Below, in pieces: positions 38,141 through 48,629 of a DNA stretch of 64,000 bases (the first letter of the stretch is position 1; every line of letters starts with the position of its first letter). The notes beneath the pieces were generated by a model. It was not told where the DNA came from. It made no database searches and worked only from the letters and a program-made list of their open reading frames with translations. Both the position numbers and the translations under genes were made by a program. The stretch is from Candidatus Latescibacterota bacterium (GTDB lineage: Bacteria; Latescibacterota; UBA2968; GCA-2709665), in the NCBI GenBank assembly GCA_965219995.1, contig CBDCOX010000002.1, forward strand, positions 1,792,001 to 1,856,000. Direction: 5' to 3'.

Positions 38141-39322
38141 TTAGTCCGACACCCCGCAAAAATCCATCGCCATCAGCGCATAGACCCTTGCGGCTGCCTC
38201 GATGCGGGCCACCGACACCCACTCGTTGTCGGAATGGGCCGTCTCGTTCGACGGACCGTAGTAAAAGGTGGGCACCCCGGTCTCGTTCATATAGATATTG
38301 GCATCGCCCACCAGCCGTCTTCCCACGTACCTGACGTCCGCGCCAACCACCTCCCGGTGGGCCGCGGCCGCAGCCTGAACCGCAGGGTCGTCCCGCGGTG
38401 TCTCGAATGGCTCCCGCTGCAGCGCCATGTCGACGGAAAGCTCCATTTCGCCGGCCCTGGCAAAAGGCTCAGCCATCGATTCCAGTTCGATCAGTACCGA
38501 AGATTTGGTCTTGCCCGGCAGCCACCGCCGCGTCCCGGTAAGCACGCACCGGCCCGGCGTCCGGTTGAAGTAGTCGCCGGCCCGAACGATGCCCAGATCG
38601 ATCCGCTCCGGTCCGGCCAGCGGATGCACGTCGCCGGCATCCAGCTCCCGCTGCCTCTCGGTAATTCTCCGGATCAGGTCTCCCACGTGGCGGATGGGGT
38701 TTTCAGGAAACGACACGTAATTCGTATGCGTGCCGCCGCGTTCGGATGTCAGCGTGATCGTGAACACCATCGACCCCATGCTCATCACCCAGAGTTCGTC
38801 ACCGCCCTCTACGATGAGAATACGGTCGCATTTCAGCCGTCCGCCGTTCACGTCCGCCACGAGCGCCAGCGGGCCGTCTTTCTCGGCTTCAGGTTCCTCG
38901 TGGCCGACCACACCGGTGACGATCAGATCGCCTTTGAGACGCACCCCCGAATCCTGAAACGCCTTTGCCGCACCCAGCATCGCAGCCACGCCGCCCTTCA
39001 TATCCGTCGTGCCACGACCGAAGATTCGATCGCCGTCCCGGCGCACGGGGGTGCAGTCGCCGATAGGAATCGTATCCAGGTGCCCATTCAGCAGCAACGC
39101 GGGGCCGTCGTTGGTACCCCCGATTCCGGCGTACAGATTTCTCCGTCCCGGCGTCACTTCGTGCGCGTCCACGTCCAGCCCCAGATCGGCCAGTTGCGCC
39201 TCGAAACACGCACAGACTTCGGCTTCCTCGCCGGTGACGCTGGGAATCTCGACAAGGCTGAGTGCCTGTTCGGCCATCCATTCCACGTCGATCGCATTCA
39301 GAACCGCCTCGCGCGCGCCCAT
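38141..39322 (-). CDS. M20 family peptidase / ArgE-DapE deacylase
   Basis: LLNGHLDT, GRGTTDMKGG, GHEE, AHSDNE. Confidence 0.88.
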   Translation of the reverse strand: MGAREAVLNAIDVEWMAEQALSLVEIPSVTGEEAEVCACFEAQLADLGLDVDAHEVTPGRRNLYAGIGGTNDGPALLLNGHLDTIPIGDCTPVRRDGDRIFGRGTTDMKGGVAAMLGAAKAFQDSGVRLKGDLIVTGVVGHEEPEAEKDGPLALVADVNGGRLKCDRILIVEGGDELWVMSMGSMVFTITLTSERGGTHTNYVSFPENPIRHVGDLIRRITERQRELDAGDVHPLAGPERIDLGIVRAGDYFNRTPGRCVLTGTRRWLPGKTKSSVLIELESMAEPFARAGEMELSVDMALQREPFETPRDDPAVQAAAAAHREVVGADVRYVGRRLVGDANIYMNETGVPTFYYGPSNETAHSDNEWVSVARIEAAARVYALMAMDFCGVSD

Positions 39323-39323
39323 T

Positions 39324-40055
39324 TCAGACCTCGCCGCAGGCACGGACGAACGCGTCCGAGGTGGATGTATAGCCGACATTCGCTTCGATGAACCGGATCC
39401 CGAATAGGCCGGCCAGCCCCTCTGCCTCGGTCTCGGGGTATTCCAGGGTACTGCAACAGTCCCGAAGCACGATCACGCGGTAATTCCGGTACATCGCCTC
39501 GGTGACCGTCGTCCCCAGGCAGATCCGCGTGTCGAATCCCACCGTCACCAGGTTGTAGATCCCCAGGCTGCGAAGCAGCGAATCCAGGTGGGTCTCGAAG
39601 AATCCGCTGTACATCTGTTTCTTTACGAGGTAATCTCCGGCTTCCGGAGCGATCACATCCGAAAACGCAAGGATATCATTCGGTTCCGGCCACGCCTCCA
39701 GAACATCCACACCGCAGGTCCGGATGGACATATTGCGCCACTCCGTCCGTTCGTTGGTCGAGGGCGCCAGGTAATTCGTGACGTAGACGACGGGCAGTCC
39801 GAGGCGTTTTGCGGCGTCTTTGGCGGGACGGATGTGATTCACCACGATCTCGCGGTTTTTTATCACGGCGGCGCGATACAGCTCCGGTACGTCTCCCACG
39901 TCGTGGTCGGGGTCATAGCCCTTTCCGTAGACGTCCACCAGAAAAAACGCCGTTTTGTCCAGACCCAGTTCAAGTTCCTCCTCGGCATGTCCCAGATGGC
40001 GGCCGGGCGGGTGCTGCCGGTAGTACCTGCCTCTCAGGCGAATCTCTTTCGACAT
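39324..40055 (-). CDS. Isochorismatase / cysteine hydrolase family
   Basis: FLVDV, KKQMYSGFFET, GFDTRICL (Asp-Lys-Cys triad). Confidence 0.85.
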   Translation of the reverse strand: MSKEIRLRGRYYRQHPPGRHLGHAEEELELGLDKTAFFLVDVYGKGYDPDHDVGDVPELYRAAVIKNREIVVNHIRPAKDAAKRLGLPVVYVTNYLAPSTNERTEWRNMSIRTCGVDVLEAWPEPNDILAFSDVIAPEAGDYLVKKQMYSGFFETHLDSLLRSLGIYNLVTVGFDTRICLGTTVTEAMYRNYRVIVLRDCCSTLEYPETEAEGLAGLFGIRFIEANVGYTSTSDAFVRACGEV

Positions 40056-40070
40056 CGGAGCCTCCAGCAA

Positions 40071-41054
40071 TCAATGGGTCTCCACCGTTACCGGAGCCTT
40101 GCGTTCCAGTGACCTGTAGGCCGCCTCGGAAAGCCGTGCGACCTGCAGGGCAAAGTCCGGAACTTCATATCCCACTCCGCCGCTCCGGATCCAGTCGAAG
40201 AACGCCGCGTCGGGCGTGGTCTCGTGAATCCGGTCGGGAATCGTCATGGGTTCGTCGTTCACCAGCACCGCCTTTACGTTCCACTTGTAGAGGTGGAAGA
40301 CGATGCATCCGTCCGCGCCATGGATGGCAATGCGCTCGTCGTGCTCCCTGGCATTGCCGAACGTGCTGATGGTGCCCACGGCCCCGCCGTCAAACCGCAC
40401 GTTCAGTACGGCGTTGACGTCCACGTCCAATCCCCCGCAGTCCATAAACGCGGAGACTTCCACCGGCGCCAGCCCGGTAATCCACAGCGTTGACGCAACC
40501 AGGTGGCTGCCCGTATCCATGAACATACCGCCACCGGAAAGTTCCGGGTCCAGACGCCAGCCCTTCACGCCCCCCCAATTCTGCGTCACGTAGGAAACAA
40601 CCCCGCGCAACTCCCCGATGTGTCCACCGCGCACCAGTTCCCGTGCGTACACGTGCGGGGAGAAGTAGTTCCGCTGGTAGCTCACCTGCAGAAACCGCTC
40701 CTTCTCCGCCGCCAGATCAATCAGCGCCCGCGTATGCGCCGAAGACACCGTCAGCGGCTTTTCCACCAGTACGTGCAATCCGGCTTCAAGCCCGAGCCTC
40801 GCCTGTTCGTAGTGCATCGAATGCGGCGAACTGATGAAAATCGCGTCGAGCGCCTCCTCCTGAATCATGCGACGATAGTCCTCGTAACAGGGGACCTCGC
40901 GTCCGTATCGATCCATCAGCAGCCGGGCTTGTTCCGATACCGGTTCCGCCACGCAAACCAGCGTCACATCCTGCTCTGCCTGAATCCGCGGCACGTGCGC
41001 GCCGCGCATATTGCCGCCGCAGCCGATGAGACCCAGACGAATCGCTTCAGCCAT
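40071..41054 (-). CDS. Gfo/Idh/MocA oxidoreductase
   Basis: GLIGCGG, ISSPHSMH, HVLVEKP, GGGMFMDTGSH. Confidence 0.9.
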   Translation of the reverse strand: MAEAIRLGLIGCGGNMRGAHVPRIQAEQDVTLVCVAEPVSEQARLLMDRYGREVPCYEDYRRMIQEEALDAIFISSPHSMHYEQARLGLEAGLHVLVEKPLTVSSAHTRALIDLAAEKERFLQVSYQRNYFSPHVYARELVRGGHIGELRGVVSYVTQNWGGVKGWRLDPELSGGGMFMDTGSHLVASTLWITGLAPVEVSAFMDCGGLDVDVNAVLNVRFDGGAVGTISTFGNAREHDERIAIHGADGCIVFHLYKWNVKAVLVNDEPMTIPDRIHETTPDAAFFDWIRSGGVGYEVPDFALQVARLSEAAYRSLERKAPVTVETH

Positions 41055-41916
41055 TCCTCCCTCCTTTGGTTTCATTGTTGTCGCCGCCTGTTGCGCCCAG
41101 ACAACCTCTGACGTACTCCAGATTTCTGAGACTGTTCGCTGCCAGCCCGACAAACGCCGGATCGGCCACCTCGAATGCATCCGGACTGATGTCCAGGTGT
41201 GTTTCCACCACGACAAAGCCCTCGTACCCGTCGGCGCGGAGGGCATTCAACTGCCCCGGCCAGTCCACGACGCCCTCCTCCGCCAGACACCAGCCGCCCG
41301 TGTCCGGATCGAAATTCTTTACGTGTACATGGGAAACAAGGTCTTTCAGGTCCGTATATTCGCCAGGGTAGGGCGATGCGGAACCTGCCCGTGCGGAATT
41401 GCCGGGGTCCCAGCAAAGCGAGATACGGTCTTCGCCCACCTGTCGAATGAGCGTCGCCGCCTCGGCGCCGGTTGCCCCCCAGCAGACCGCCTCGTTCTCC
41501 AGCGCCAGACGACATCCCTCCCTCTCCGCGACGTCCGCCATCTGTCCCAGCCGGTCCACAATCGCCGCCGGAGGTCGCGGCGCATCCGTCCGCTCGAAGG
41601 CGAAACAGGACACCCGATCGGTACCCAATCGTCGAGCCCATTCGCACGCCCGGGGCAGGGAGTTCTCCAGCTGCTCATCGACGCCAGGGTCGTCCAGCGA
41701 TCCCTTGAAGAACCCCGGAGATACCCCCGATATTCCCAGACCCGAATCCAGAATCCGTGCGTTGAAGTCTGCCAGCTCGTCGTCGGTAACGGCAGGAAAC
41801 CGGCCGGCCGCAAGCTGCCGCAACTCCACGTGCGAGACCCCCCACTCTGCCGCGAGGGATATCGCGCGGACCGGGTCGTTTCGATCGATTTCATCCGCAA
41901 AAATCGAGATTTGCAC
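41047..41916 (-). CDS. Sugar phosphate isomerase/epimerase (xylose-isomerase-like TIM barrel)
   Basis: FADEI, LALENE, WDPGN, HVHVK, VETH. Confidence 0.85.
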   Translation of the reverse strand: MQISIFADEIDRNDPVRAISLAAEWGVSHVELRQLAAGRFPAVTDDELADFNARILDSGLGISGVSPGFFKGSLDDPGVDEQLENSLPRACEWARRLGTDRVSCFAFERTDAPRPPAAIVDRLGQMADVAEREGCRLALENEAVCWGATGAEAATLIRQVGEDRISLCWDPGNSARAGSASPYPGEYTDLKDLVSHVHVKNFDPDTGGWCLAEEGVVDWPGQLNALRADGYEGFVVVETHLDISPDAFEVADPAFVGLAANSLRNLEYVRGCLGATGGDNNETKGGRNG

Positions 41917-41975
41917 TTTATGCTCCCTGGCGCCCACAGACGCGGTACCGGATCCGTTGAATAACAGCGATCACT

Positions 41976-42767
41976 TCACGAGTCCTGCGATTCCATGGCG
42001 CGCAACCCCGCGATCATCTCCGCCGAAGTGATCGAGTACTTTCCGAACATTTCCAGAAACAGGATCGCACCGCGGGTCTGCCACAACCCATCCTGCGTTT
42101 CGAACGACTCCATGCCCGTCCCGCAGTCCCGCAGGATGATGACCTCGTACCCGCGTTTGCTCATTTCGACCGTGCCGTAGTCCCTCAACAGAATACACGC
42201 GTTGGTATTGAACCCCAGAAAGAACAGAAACAGGATCCCCTCGCGCTTGCAATACCGGTGCAATTCCTCCCCGTTGTAGATGACAACCTCGCCATCTTCC
42301 ACGTGCACCAACGGATGCATCCGCCGCCTGGAACGCATTTCGACGATTTCCGGCTCTCTCGGTTCCTCGGGCCTGGCAAAGGCGGCATAAGCGCCGGTCT
42401 TGGACCTGAACTCCCGGGGCGGCCATGTTTCACCCGTACCGGTCGACTCCGACGGATCGTCGATCATTTTCACCCAGGCCGGATGATGTTCGGCCAGGCC
42501 CGGCGCAGGCGCGTGGATCAGCCGCATTCCGGCGCTGCGGCAGGCCTCGAGCAGCGGCACGATACGCGCTTCGATAATCGCGTCCGCGCGATCCGCCGGC
42601 TCTTTCAGGTAATGCTCCTCCCACACGTCCACCAGCACCAGCGCCGAATGAGAAAGCGGCACGCGCCAGTCCAAATGGTCGTAGTCCGTGTTCTTTTCCT
42701 CCCAGGGCACGCCGGGGTCCACGTGCCACCGGTAATACCGGGGCCTGATTTGCAGTTCCTTTTCCAT
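41976..42767 (-). CDS. Isochorismatase-like cysteine hydrolase
   Basis: ALVLVDVW, LIHAP, GFNTNACI, ILRDC. Confidence 0.78.
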   Translation of the reverse strand: MEKELQIRPRYYRWHVDPGVPWEEKNTDYDHLDWRVPLSHSALVLVDVWEEHYLKEPADRADAIIEARIVPLLEACRSAGMRLIHAPAPGLAEHHPAWVKMIDDPSESTGTGETWPPREFRSKTGAYAAFARPEEPREPEIVEMRSRRRMHPLVHVEDGEVVIYNGEELHRYCKREGILFLFFLGFNTNACILLRDYGTVEMSKRGYEVIILRDCGTGMESFETQDGLWQTRGAILFLEMFGKYSITSAEMIAGLRAMESQDS

Positions 42768-42848
42768 AATTGCTCCACGGTGAAAGGACGCCGGAGAACG
42801 CGGCATCTCTCGTCTTCCTTACCAGTCGCCTGAAATTGTCTCCTGAAG

Positions 42849-43652
42849 TTACATGTCCGCCGTAAGCGTCAGGGTGTCTTTGCCTTCCAGACCGGCAACC
42901 ACCGGAAACGTCATTCGGGGAGGACCCGTCTTGCCCGGCACATACCGCACCGACGGCGGGAAATAGGCATACAGCGCGGTGTGGCGCGGAAACGGCGACG
43001 AATTCGGACCGGACCCATGAACCGTCAACGAGTGAAACAACACGGCATCGCCCGCGGCCAGCGGAACGTCGGTTTTTTCGGACAGATCCACGTCATCCCG
43101 ATCCGTCAGCGCCTCGTCCTGGCGGCGTGCGATCCGTCCCCAGGACAGAAGCCCCCACCTGTGGCTGCCGGGAAGGACCTGGATGCACCCGTTTTGCGGG
43201 CTGGCATCGGTCAGCGCAATGCTGACTGTGACCAGTGCCGGGGGTTTCATCGGCCAGTACGCGGAATCCTGGTGCAACCCATGCGACGACCCATGAAACG
43301 CCGGCTTCAGCATCAGCGTACCGCGGAACAGGAGCAGGTCGGGACCCAAAAGAGATCCGACGAGGCGAATGAGCCGCGGATGTGCGGCCAGATTTCTGAA
43401 GACCTCCGAAAAGTCCCGCGTTTGCTCGATCTTGCGCAGGACCGGCAAGCCCTTCCGTACGGCCGTATCCGCATAGGGCTCAAGTTGAAAGTGACGCGCC
43501 CCCGGATCGCCGCGGTCCTGCAGATCGACCGCCACTCGATGAAGGCGCTCGACCTCCCGCTCACACGAGGCCACCTCTTCGGCGGAAAGCAACGCCCTCG
43601 CCACGAGATAGCCGTCTTCTTCGAATCGGGTCTTCAGTGCATCCGGATCCAT
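42849..43652 (-). CDS. Phytanoyl-CoA dioxygenase (PhyH) family Fe(II)/2OG enzyme
   Basis: FEEDGYLV, HQD, NGCIQVLPGSH, FHSLTVHGSGPN.S...R. Confidence 0.9.
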   Translation of the reverse strand: MDPDALKTRFEEDGYLVARALLSAEEVASCEREVERLHRVAVDLQDRGDPGARHFQLEPYADTAVRKGLPVLRKIEQTRDFSEVFRNLAAHPRLIRLVGSLLGPDLLLFRGTLMLKPAFHGSSHGLHQDSAYWPMKPPALVTVSIALTDASPQNGCIQVLPGSHRWGLLSWGRIARRQDEALTDRDDVDLSEKTDVPLAAGDAVLFHSLTVHGSGPNSSPFPRHTALYAYFPPSVRYVPGKTGPPRMTFPVVAGLEGKDTLTLTADM

Positions 43653-43693
43653 CTTTACCCCGCGCAATTGGGGTTGTGGACTGCGTTAGCAAA

Positions 43694-43722
43694 ACCGTAC
43701 AAAACGAAACCGCCTCTGTCAA
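43694..43722 (-). promoter_or_regulatory. Putative sigma70 promoter of the PhyH-led operon
   Basis: TTGACA-17 bp-TACGGT on the minus strand. Confidence 0.5.
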
Positions 43723-43766
43723 ACACAAAACCATGAGGCGGTCGGAACGACGTGGTTGCAAAATGC

Positions 43767-45953
43767 TTACTTCGGATTCAGGGCAAGCCAGGATCTCAAT
43801 GCCGGCGCCTGCGGATGGTTCGGCGCAAGGTCCAGGACTCTTCTGAAGCAGGTGCGGGTTTTCTCTGCATCCCCCAACGTGTGATAGACAACCCCCAGGT
43901 TGTAATACCCCTCCGCGTAGCCGGGGTCCAGAGCCACGGCTTGCTCATAGGCCGATATCGCCCGTTGATAGTCCCCAAGGCCGTGGTACGCGTTTCCGAG
44001 ATTCGAGTGCGCCCTGGAATAATCCGGCTTCAGCGCAATCGCTTTTCGATAGGCGCCCACGGCTGCGTCGAACCGTCCCGTTCTGTAATATAAGTCGCCT
44101 AAGTTGTAAAGGGCTGCCACGAACTGCGGATTCAATCGAATCGCCGTTTCAAAACGCCCCGCCGCTTGTTCGTATTCTCTCAGGCCGAACCAGGCGTTGC
44201 CTGCCTGAAAGTGGGCTTCAGCGAAGTCCGGCTTCAGCGAAATCACCCTCTCGAAGTTGGCGATTGCCCGATTGTAGTTTCCGGTATCGAAGTGCAGGTT
44301 ACCCAGGTTGAAATATGCTTCCACGAAGTCGGGCTTCAGCTTTATCACCTTTTGAAAATATGCTGCGGCACGATCGTACCGTTTCATGTCGTAATACAGA
44401 TTGCCAAGATTGTAATAGCCACCGGAAAACTTCGGATCGACTTCAACAACCTTTTCGTACGCCCGGACCGCCTGCGCGTTCCTGCCGCGGTCCCTGTGAT
44501 AGACCGCGAGCGTTTCCCATCCGTGTGACCTGGCGTGCGCCGAAAGGAATTCACCCTCCAGTTGCCCGGAATAGCGGGCTTCCGCGGAGGAGACATTTGC
44601 GTTCGTGCCAATCCAGAACAGCGTGTGCAGAGCCGCGGCCGAACAGATCAGCACGGCGGTGTTGGGGGAAACGAGCCGATTTCGAATGTTCCTGACAACG
44701 GTAATCGCCGCCCAGAGCGTAAGGGGCAGCGCGGCAAAGGCGAATACATCCCAGTCCCGGAAAGCGCCGAGTTCGGGGTTGGCGACAACGGTAAACAGGA
44801 CCGGAAACAGCGCGGCAACCAGAACGAACTGCCGATCGGAACCCCGCATCCAACCCGTGTTCCGGCAAAGAAGCAAAACCATAAGAAATGCCGGCGCAAC
44901 GAGGACATATTGATTTACGAAGTCTGACAGCTTGCCGATTGAGAACAACCTGTAGTGCTGTTTGGGGCCGGGTACCGCAAACAGGTTCAGAATATAGAAC
45001 CCCTGTCGTTTCTGCAGATACGCGATCAGGTCAAATTGGATCAACAGAAGCGCGCCAAAGAAGACGATTCCGCTTAACAGGATGGCGAGCGCCGCATTCG
45101 CGGCCGACCGGCCGCGCGTTGCCGAACCGGAGGTCCCGCCCGCCCGGGCTCTGAGTATTGCCAACGCCAGAAGCGAGGGCGCGAGCGTCATCATCGTAAT
45201 GTGGAGCGCCATCAGCGAGCCAAGCAATGCCGCGGGCGCCCACAACGCCACCCGGCCTTCGATCGCCCGGATGCCCAGGAGCAGATAAAGCAGCATAAAC
45301 GGGAACAGAAACGCGTAATTCTCGACGTACCCGAAAAAGAGCTGCATGTACCCGGCGCCGAGCAGCAGAGCCATGATCAGAAATCGCTCGAGGACGTCCT
45401 TTCCCAGGGTCCGCGCGGCATACCTGACAGCAACCAGGTACAGGACTCCGGACGCGCAGCTGAATATCCGATACGTGGTCTCGGCGGAGTCCCAGATCGA
45501 CGCGCCTGCCCTATGGAGTCCACGGATGATCCAGAACGTCAGCGGCGCACGGTCCGTTCTCGGGACATCCGACCAGAAATCATCCAATTCGCGCATCAGC
45601 ATGATCCCGTCGCCGAGTAGATGCACGGCGGAACGCATGCCCCAGAAAACCAGAAGACCACCGAACAGCAGGAGACCCCAGGACAGTGCGGCTCGCCGGA
45701 AGCCTGCACCCTTGCCGCAGGACCGGGCGAACGCCGACGTCCAATGCCCCAGACGGTTCCGGGTGGCAAGGAAAAGCAAGGCCACGCTCAACAGAACGAA
45801 TCCCGTCCGAGGCCCGACACCCTGGAACCGAAGAAAGTCCGCACCCCAGACCGGCACGGGCTGCCAGTAGGCGAACACCATATGCAAGCCCAGGAAGAGG
45901 CCGGCCACAACGATGGGCTTACCGGATTCCATTCGGGCAGCTTTGCGTCGCAT
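43767..45953 (-). CDS. Polytopic membrane protein (GT-C-like) with C-terminal TPR repeats
   Basis: About 11 TM segments, LLGDG loop motif, about 7 TPRs (AYFNLG, AHSNLGNAY). Confidence 0.75.
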   Translation of the reverse strand: MRRKAARMESGKPIVVAGLFLGLHMVFAYWQPVPVWGADFLRFQGVGPRTGFVLLSVALLFLATRNRLGHWTSAFARSCGKGAGFRRAALSWGLLLFGGLLVFWGMRSAVHLLGDGIMLMRELDDFWSDVPRTDRAPLTFWIIRGLHRAGASIWDSAETTYRIFSCASGVLYLVAVRYAARTLGKDVLERFLIMALLLGAGYMQLFFGYVENYAFLFPFMLLYLLLGIRAIEGRVALWAPAALLGSLMALHITMMTLAPSLLALAILRARAGGTSGSATRGRSAANAALAILLSGIVFFGALLLIQFDLIAYLQKRQGFYILNLFAVPGPKQHYRLFSIGKLSDFVNQYVLVAPAFLMVLLLCRNTGWMRGSDRQFVLVAALFPVLFTVVANPELGAFRDWDVFAFAALPLTLWAAITVVRNIRNRLVSPNTAVLICSAAALHTLFWIGTNANVSSAEARYSGQLEGEFLSAHARSHGWETLAVYHRDRGRNAQAVRAYEKVVEVDPKFSGGYYNLGNLYYDMKRYDRAAAYFQKVIKLKPDFVEAYFNLGNLHFDTGNYNRAIANFERVISLKPDFAEAHFQAGNAWFGLREYEQAAGRFETAIRLNPQFVAALYNLGDLYYRTGRFDAAVGAYRKAIALKPDYSRAHSNLGNAYHGLGDYQRAISAYEQAVALDPGYAEGYYNLGVVYHTLGDAEKTRTCFRRVLDLAPNHPQAPALRSWLALNPK

Positions 45954-46007
45954 ATCCGTCCATTCTCAATTCGGAGGCCGATTCATTCCTCCAACCATCT
46001 GCACTGG

Positions 46008-48557
46008 TCAGTCGCGATCGGATTCGCCCGGGCCAATCCGGGAAATCCGCCGCACGAACCACGGACCGATCAATACCGCCGCGGCGGCCAGCAACAACAC
46101 GACGTCGACAATCAGCAATGAGAATCGCAGCGGCGACAGCCTTGGCTCCAGTACGATCCGGCTCTCGCCAGGACCGAGTTTCAGCGCCACGAAGTGGCCG
46201 GCTGTCGTGAGCGGCCGCGCGTCCCCTCCGTTCACGGTAACCCGCTGGTAGGGATACGCCGTGTATGCCAGCCGCGCAAAACAGGCCGCACTGGCATGTA
46301 CGACCAGTTCGACCCGCTGATTCCAGACCCGATGGGCGAGTACCTTCACCCGTGGCGACGTACCCAGGTCTTCCGCAGGGTGTGCGCCGGCGAGAAGAAT
46401 CTGCCTGCACGTTCGGTTCCGCATATCGACGTCCATCGCCCGCAGCAGCTTCACGAAGTCGCCAAGTGCACGGGTCTGCATCCTGCGCGCTTCACGTTCA
46501 TCGACGTCCGAGCCGGACCGGGCACGCGCCCTGTCCAACTCCCGGACGGGATAGGACCATCCCGAAATCTTCGACGACACCACAACAGGACTGGCTTCAG
46601 GAAATTCCCTGTGGAAGATCCGGTCCTGCTCCGAATCGGAATACAGCAGGTGGCGGGTGTTCATGAGGAAGAGCCCAACGCGGATCAGGTCGAACCCCGG
46701 CATTTCGTTCAGGTCTGCATTCTCTTCCAGACGCTGCAGCGACAGGTGAAGCACATCCTGGAAACGCCGGACAAAGGCCGGCACAGACAGTGGGTACTGC
46801 GTGAATGTATCCAGAGGTGTCGCGAGGCCCGTCTGAAGGGCCAGCCAGGGAATGATGAAGTGGTAATAGATCTTATTCGTCGTATGGAACAGCCGGTAAC
46901 CGGGAAGCTGCCCGTCCCCATAGGCTGCAAGCTCTTCCCGGAACCGTTTGTAAACGGGACGATGCTGCAAGGGCAGCGGCTTCACAAGCGGCCAGGCGTT
47001 CGGGTCCCGCCGCAGGTCCTGCAAGGCGCGCGGGCCGATGTTCGACGCCGCGCCAGGGGCCCGGTACGGCTGCTGAAAGGTGGTCGGCCCCAGGTCCGCC
47101 AGGATCACCACGAGAATTGCCACGAAGACCCCGACGGGGCGTTTCCGTCCTGAAGCGCGCCCGGCGGCAAACAACCCCACGAGCACGGCGACGAAGAACA
47201 CCACAAACAGCAGGTACCGGGAGGCGTTCATCGCCTGCACCACCCCCACGGACTCGAGTACGGGCCAGCGGTACCCGAAGACCAGCAAAAGCGAACCGGC
47301 CAGGCAAAGGCCAACCGGAAGTCCGGCTGCGCGCACTCCCACGCGTTCGCTCCGGACAATCCGTACCAGCGCCCACAACGCAATCGCGACCAGGCTTATC
47401 CCGAGATACCCGCCATACCAGTGTTCCTGGGCCTGAAACAGCCGGAACCGGTAGTTGGACCAGAACAACAGATGCCGCCAGGTGGGCACAGGGAAATCGG
47501 ACATGTAGAACCCGGCATGAAGTCCAGTCAGTCCCCGTTCCAGGTACATTGGCACCGTTAAATAAGCCCCCAGCAACACGCCTCCCCCGAAAAGCAGCAG
47601 ACCGTGTCGAATCGAGAACGGCGTGTCTTCGCGACGGGTCATTCGGCACCTGGCGATCGCATACACCCCGAGAAACGCCGTTGCCCAGAAGCCGTAACCC
47701 GGATGGGTAACATGCAGACAGCCCAGTGCAAGGCCGCCGCCGACGCCCTGGGCCAGCCGGTTTGGATGACTTCGCAGTCCCTCCCAGAAGTAGAACGGCA
47801 ATGGCAGCAGGGCATAGAACAGCGAGAGCGGCAACCTGCCCATAATGAGGACCTGCTGCGTATGCCAGAAACTCAACACATACGCAAGCGCAGCCGCGAA
47901 ACCGGCCGGGCGCGACCCGGTCAGCCGCCGGACGAAGAGGTACGCGCCGAGCCCGGACAGGACGTGGGTGGCCCCGAGCACGAACTTGATCGACGAAAAC
48001 GGCGACTGGAAGGCCAGATTCACCAGCCCGACCAGGTAGTAGAACAGGAAGCCGTAAAACTGAAGGTAGGGCGTGCCGTTACAGAAGTAATGGGTCCAGA
48101 CGGGGACCTCGCCGTGCGACATTGACGTTGCCGCCAGCCATGCGTAGGTCACATGCAGATAGGTGTCGGCGCCATGGGCGAATTCCCCTTCAGCAAAATA
48201 AAAGCGAACCAGAATCAGGCTCCCCGCAACGAGGAGCAGGACCGTTCGCTTTTCACTTGCAAAGATATGGTCGAAAAAAACCGAAAGCCGCCGCTTGCGC
48301 CACTCCAGGAAAACCAGCAGCGATCCCACCGCAAGGATCAGAAACAGCATCGACACATCGATCGCGTTGAACTTCACAAACCGCGAAACGACAGCGAGAA
48401 ATCCCTGAAGACTCTGATACCTGAGGCCCGGTCGAAGAACGCCGAATTTATCCAGTGTCAAATACTGAAATATAATCAGCAGCCCCGCCAGCAACGCCAG
48501 CAGGGCCGACACGTCCACGGGCCATCCGGTGTTTTTGCGTCCCTCAGGCCGTTTCAA
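46008..48557 (-). CDS. Polytopic membrane protein, PTPS-related / YfhO-like GT-C glycosyltransferase
   Basis: GADTYLH, PVWTHYFCNGTPYLQFYG, many TMs, C-terminal YfhO-like AYPYQRVTVNG domain. Confidence 0.7.
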   Translation of the reverse strand: MKRPEGRKNTGWPVDVSALLALLAGLLIIFQYLTLDKFGVLRPGLRYQSLQGFLAVVSRFVKFNAIDVSMLFLILAVGSLLVFLEWRKRRLSVFFDHIFASEKRTVLLLVAGSLILVRFYFAEGEFAHGADTYLHVTYAWLAATSMSHGEVPVWTHYFCNGTPYLQFYGFLFYYLVGLVNLAFQSPFSSIKFVLGATHVLSGLGAYLFVRRLTGSRPAGFAAALAYVLSFWHTQQVLIMGRLPLSLFYALLPLPFYFWEGLRSHPNRLAQGVGGGLALGCLHVTHPGYGFWATAFLGVYAIARCRMTRREDTPFSIRHGLLLFGGGVLLGAYLTVPMYLERGLTGLHAGFYMSDFPVPTWRHLLFWSNYRFRLFQAQEHWYGGYLGISLVAIALWALVRIVRSERVGVRAAGLPVGLCLAGSLLLVFGYRWPVLESVGVVQAMNASRYLLFVVFFVAVLVGLFAAGRASGRKRPVGVFVAILVVILADLGPTTFQQPYRAPGAASNIGPRALQDLRRDPNAWPLVKPLPLQHRPVYKRFREELAAYGDGQLPGYRLFHTTNKIYYHFIIPWLALQTGLATPLDTFTQYPLSVPAFVRRFQDVLHLSLQRLEENADLNEMPGFDLIRVGLFLMNTRHLLYSDSEQDRIFHREFPEASPVVVSSKISGWSYPVRELDRARARSGSDVDEREARRMQTRALGDFVKLLRAMDVDMRNRTCRQILLAGAHPAEDLGTSPRVKVLAHRVWNQRVELVVHASAACFARLAYTAYPYQRVTVNGGDARPLTTAGHFVALKLGPGESRIVLEPRLSPLRFSLLIVDVVLLLAAAAVLIGPWFVRRISRIGPGESDRD

Positions 48558-48629
48558 ATCGTACTCCGCGTTTGTCCGCCGAGGTGAGTGGAGAACGTAA
48601 CCGGTGTTCGCCGCCTCACGACCTGGTCA

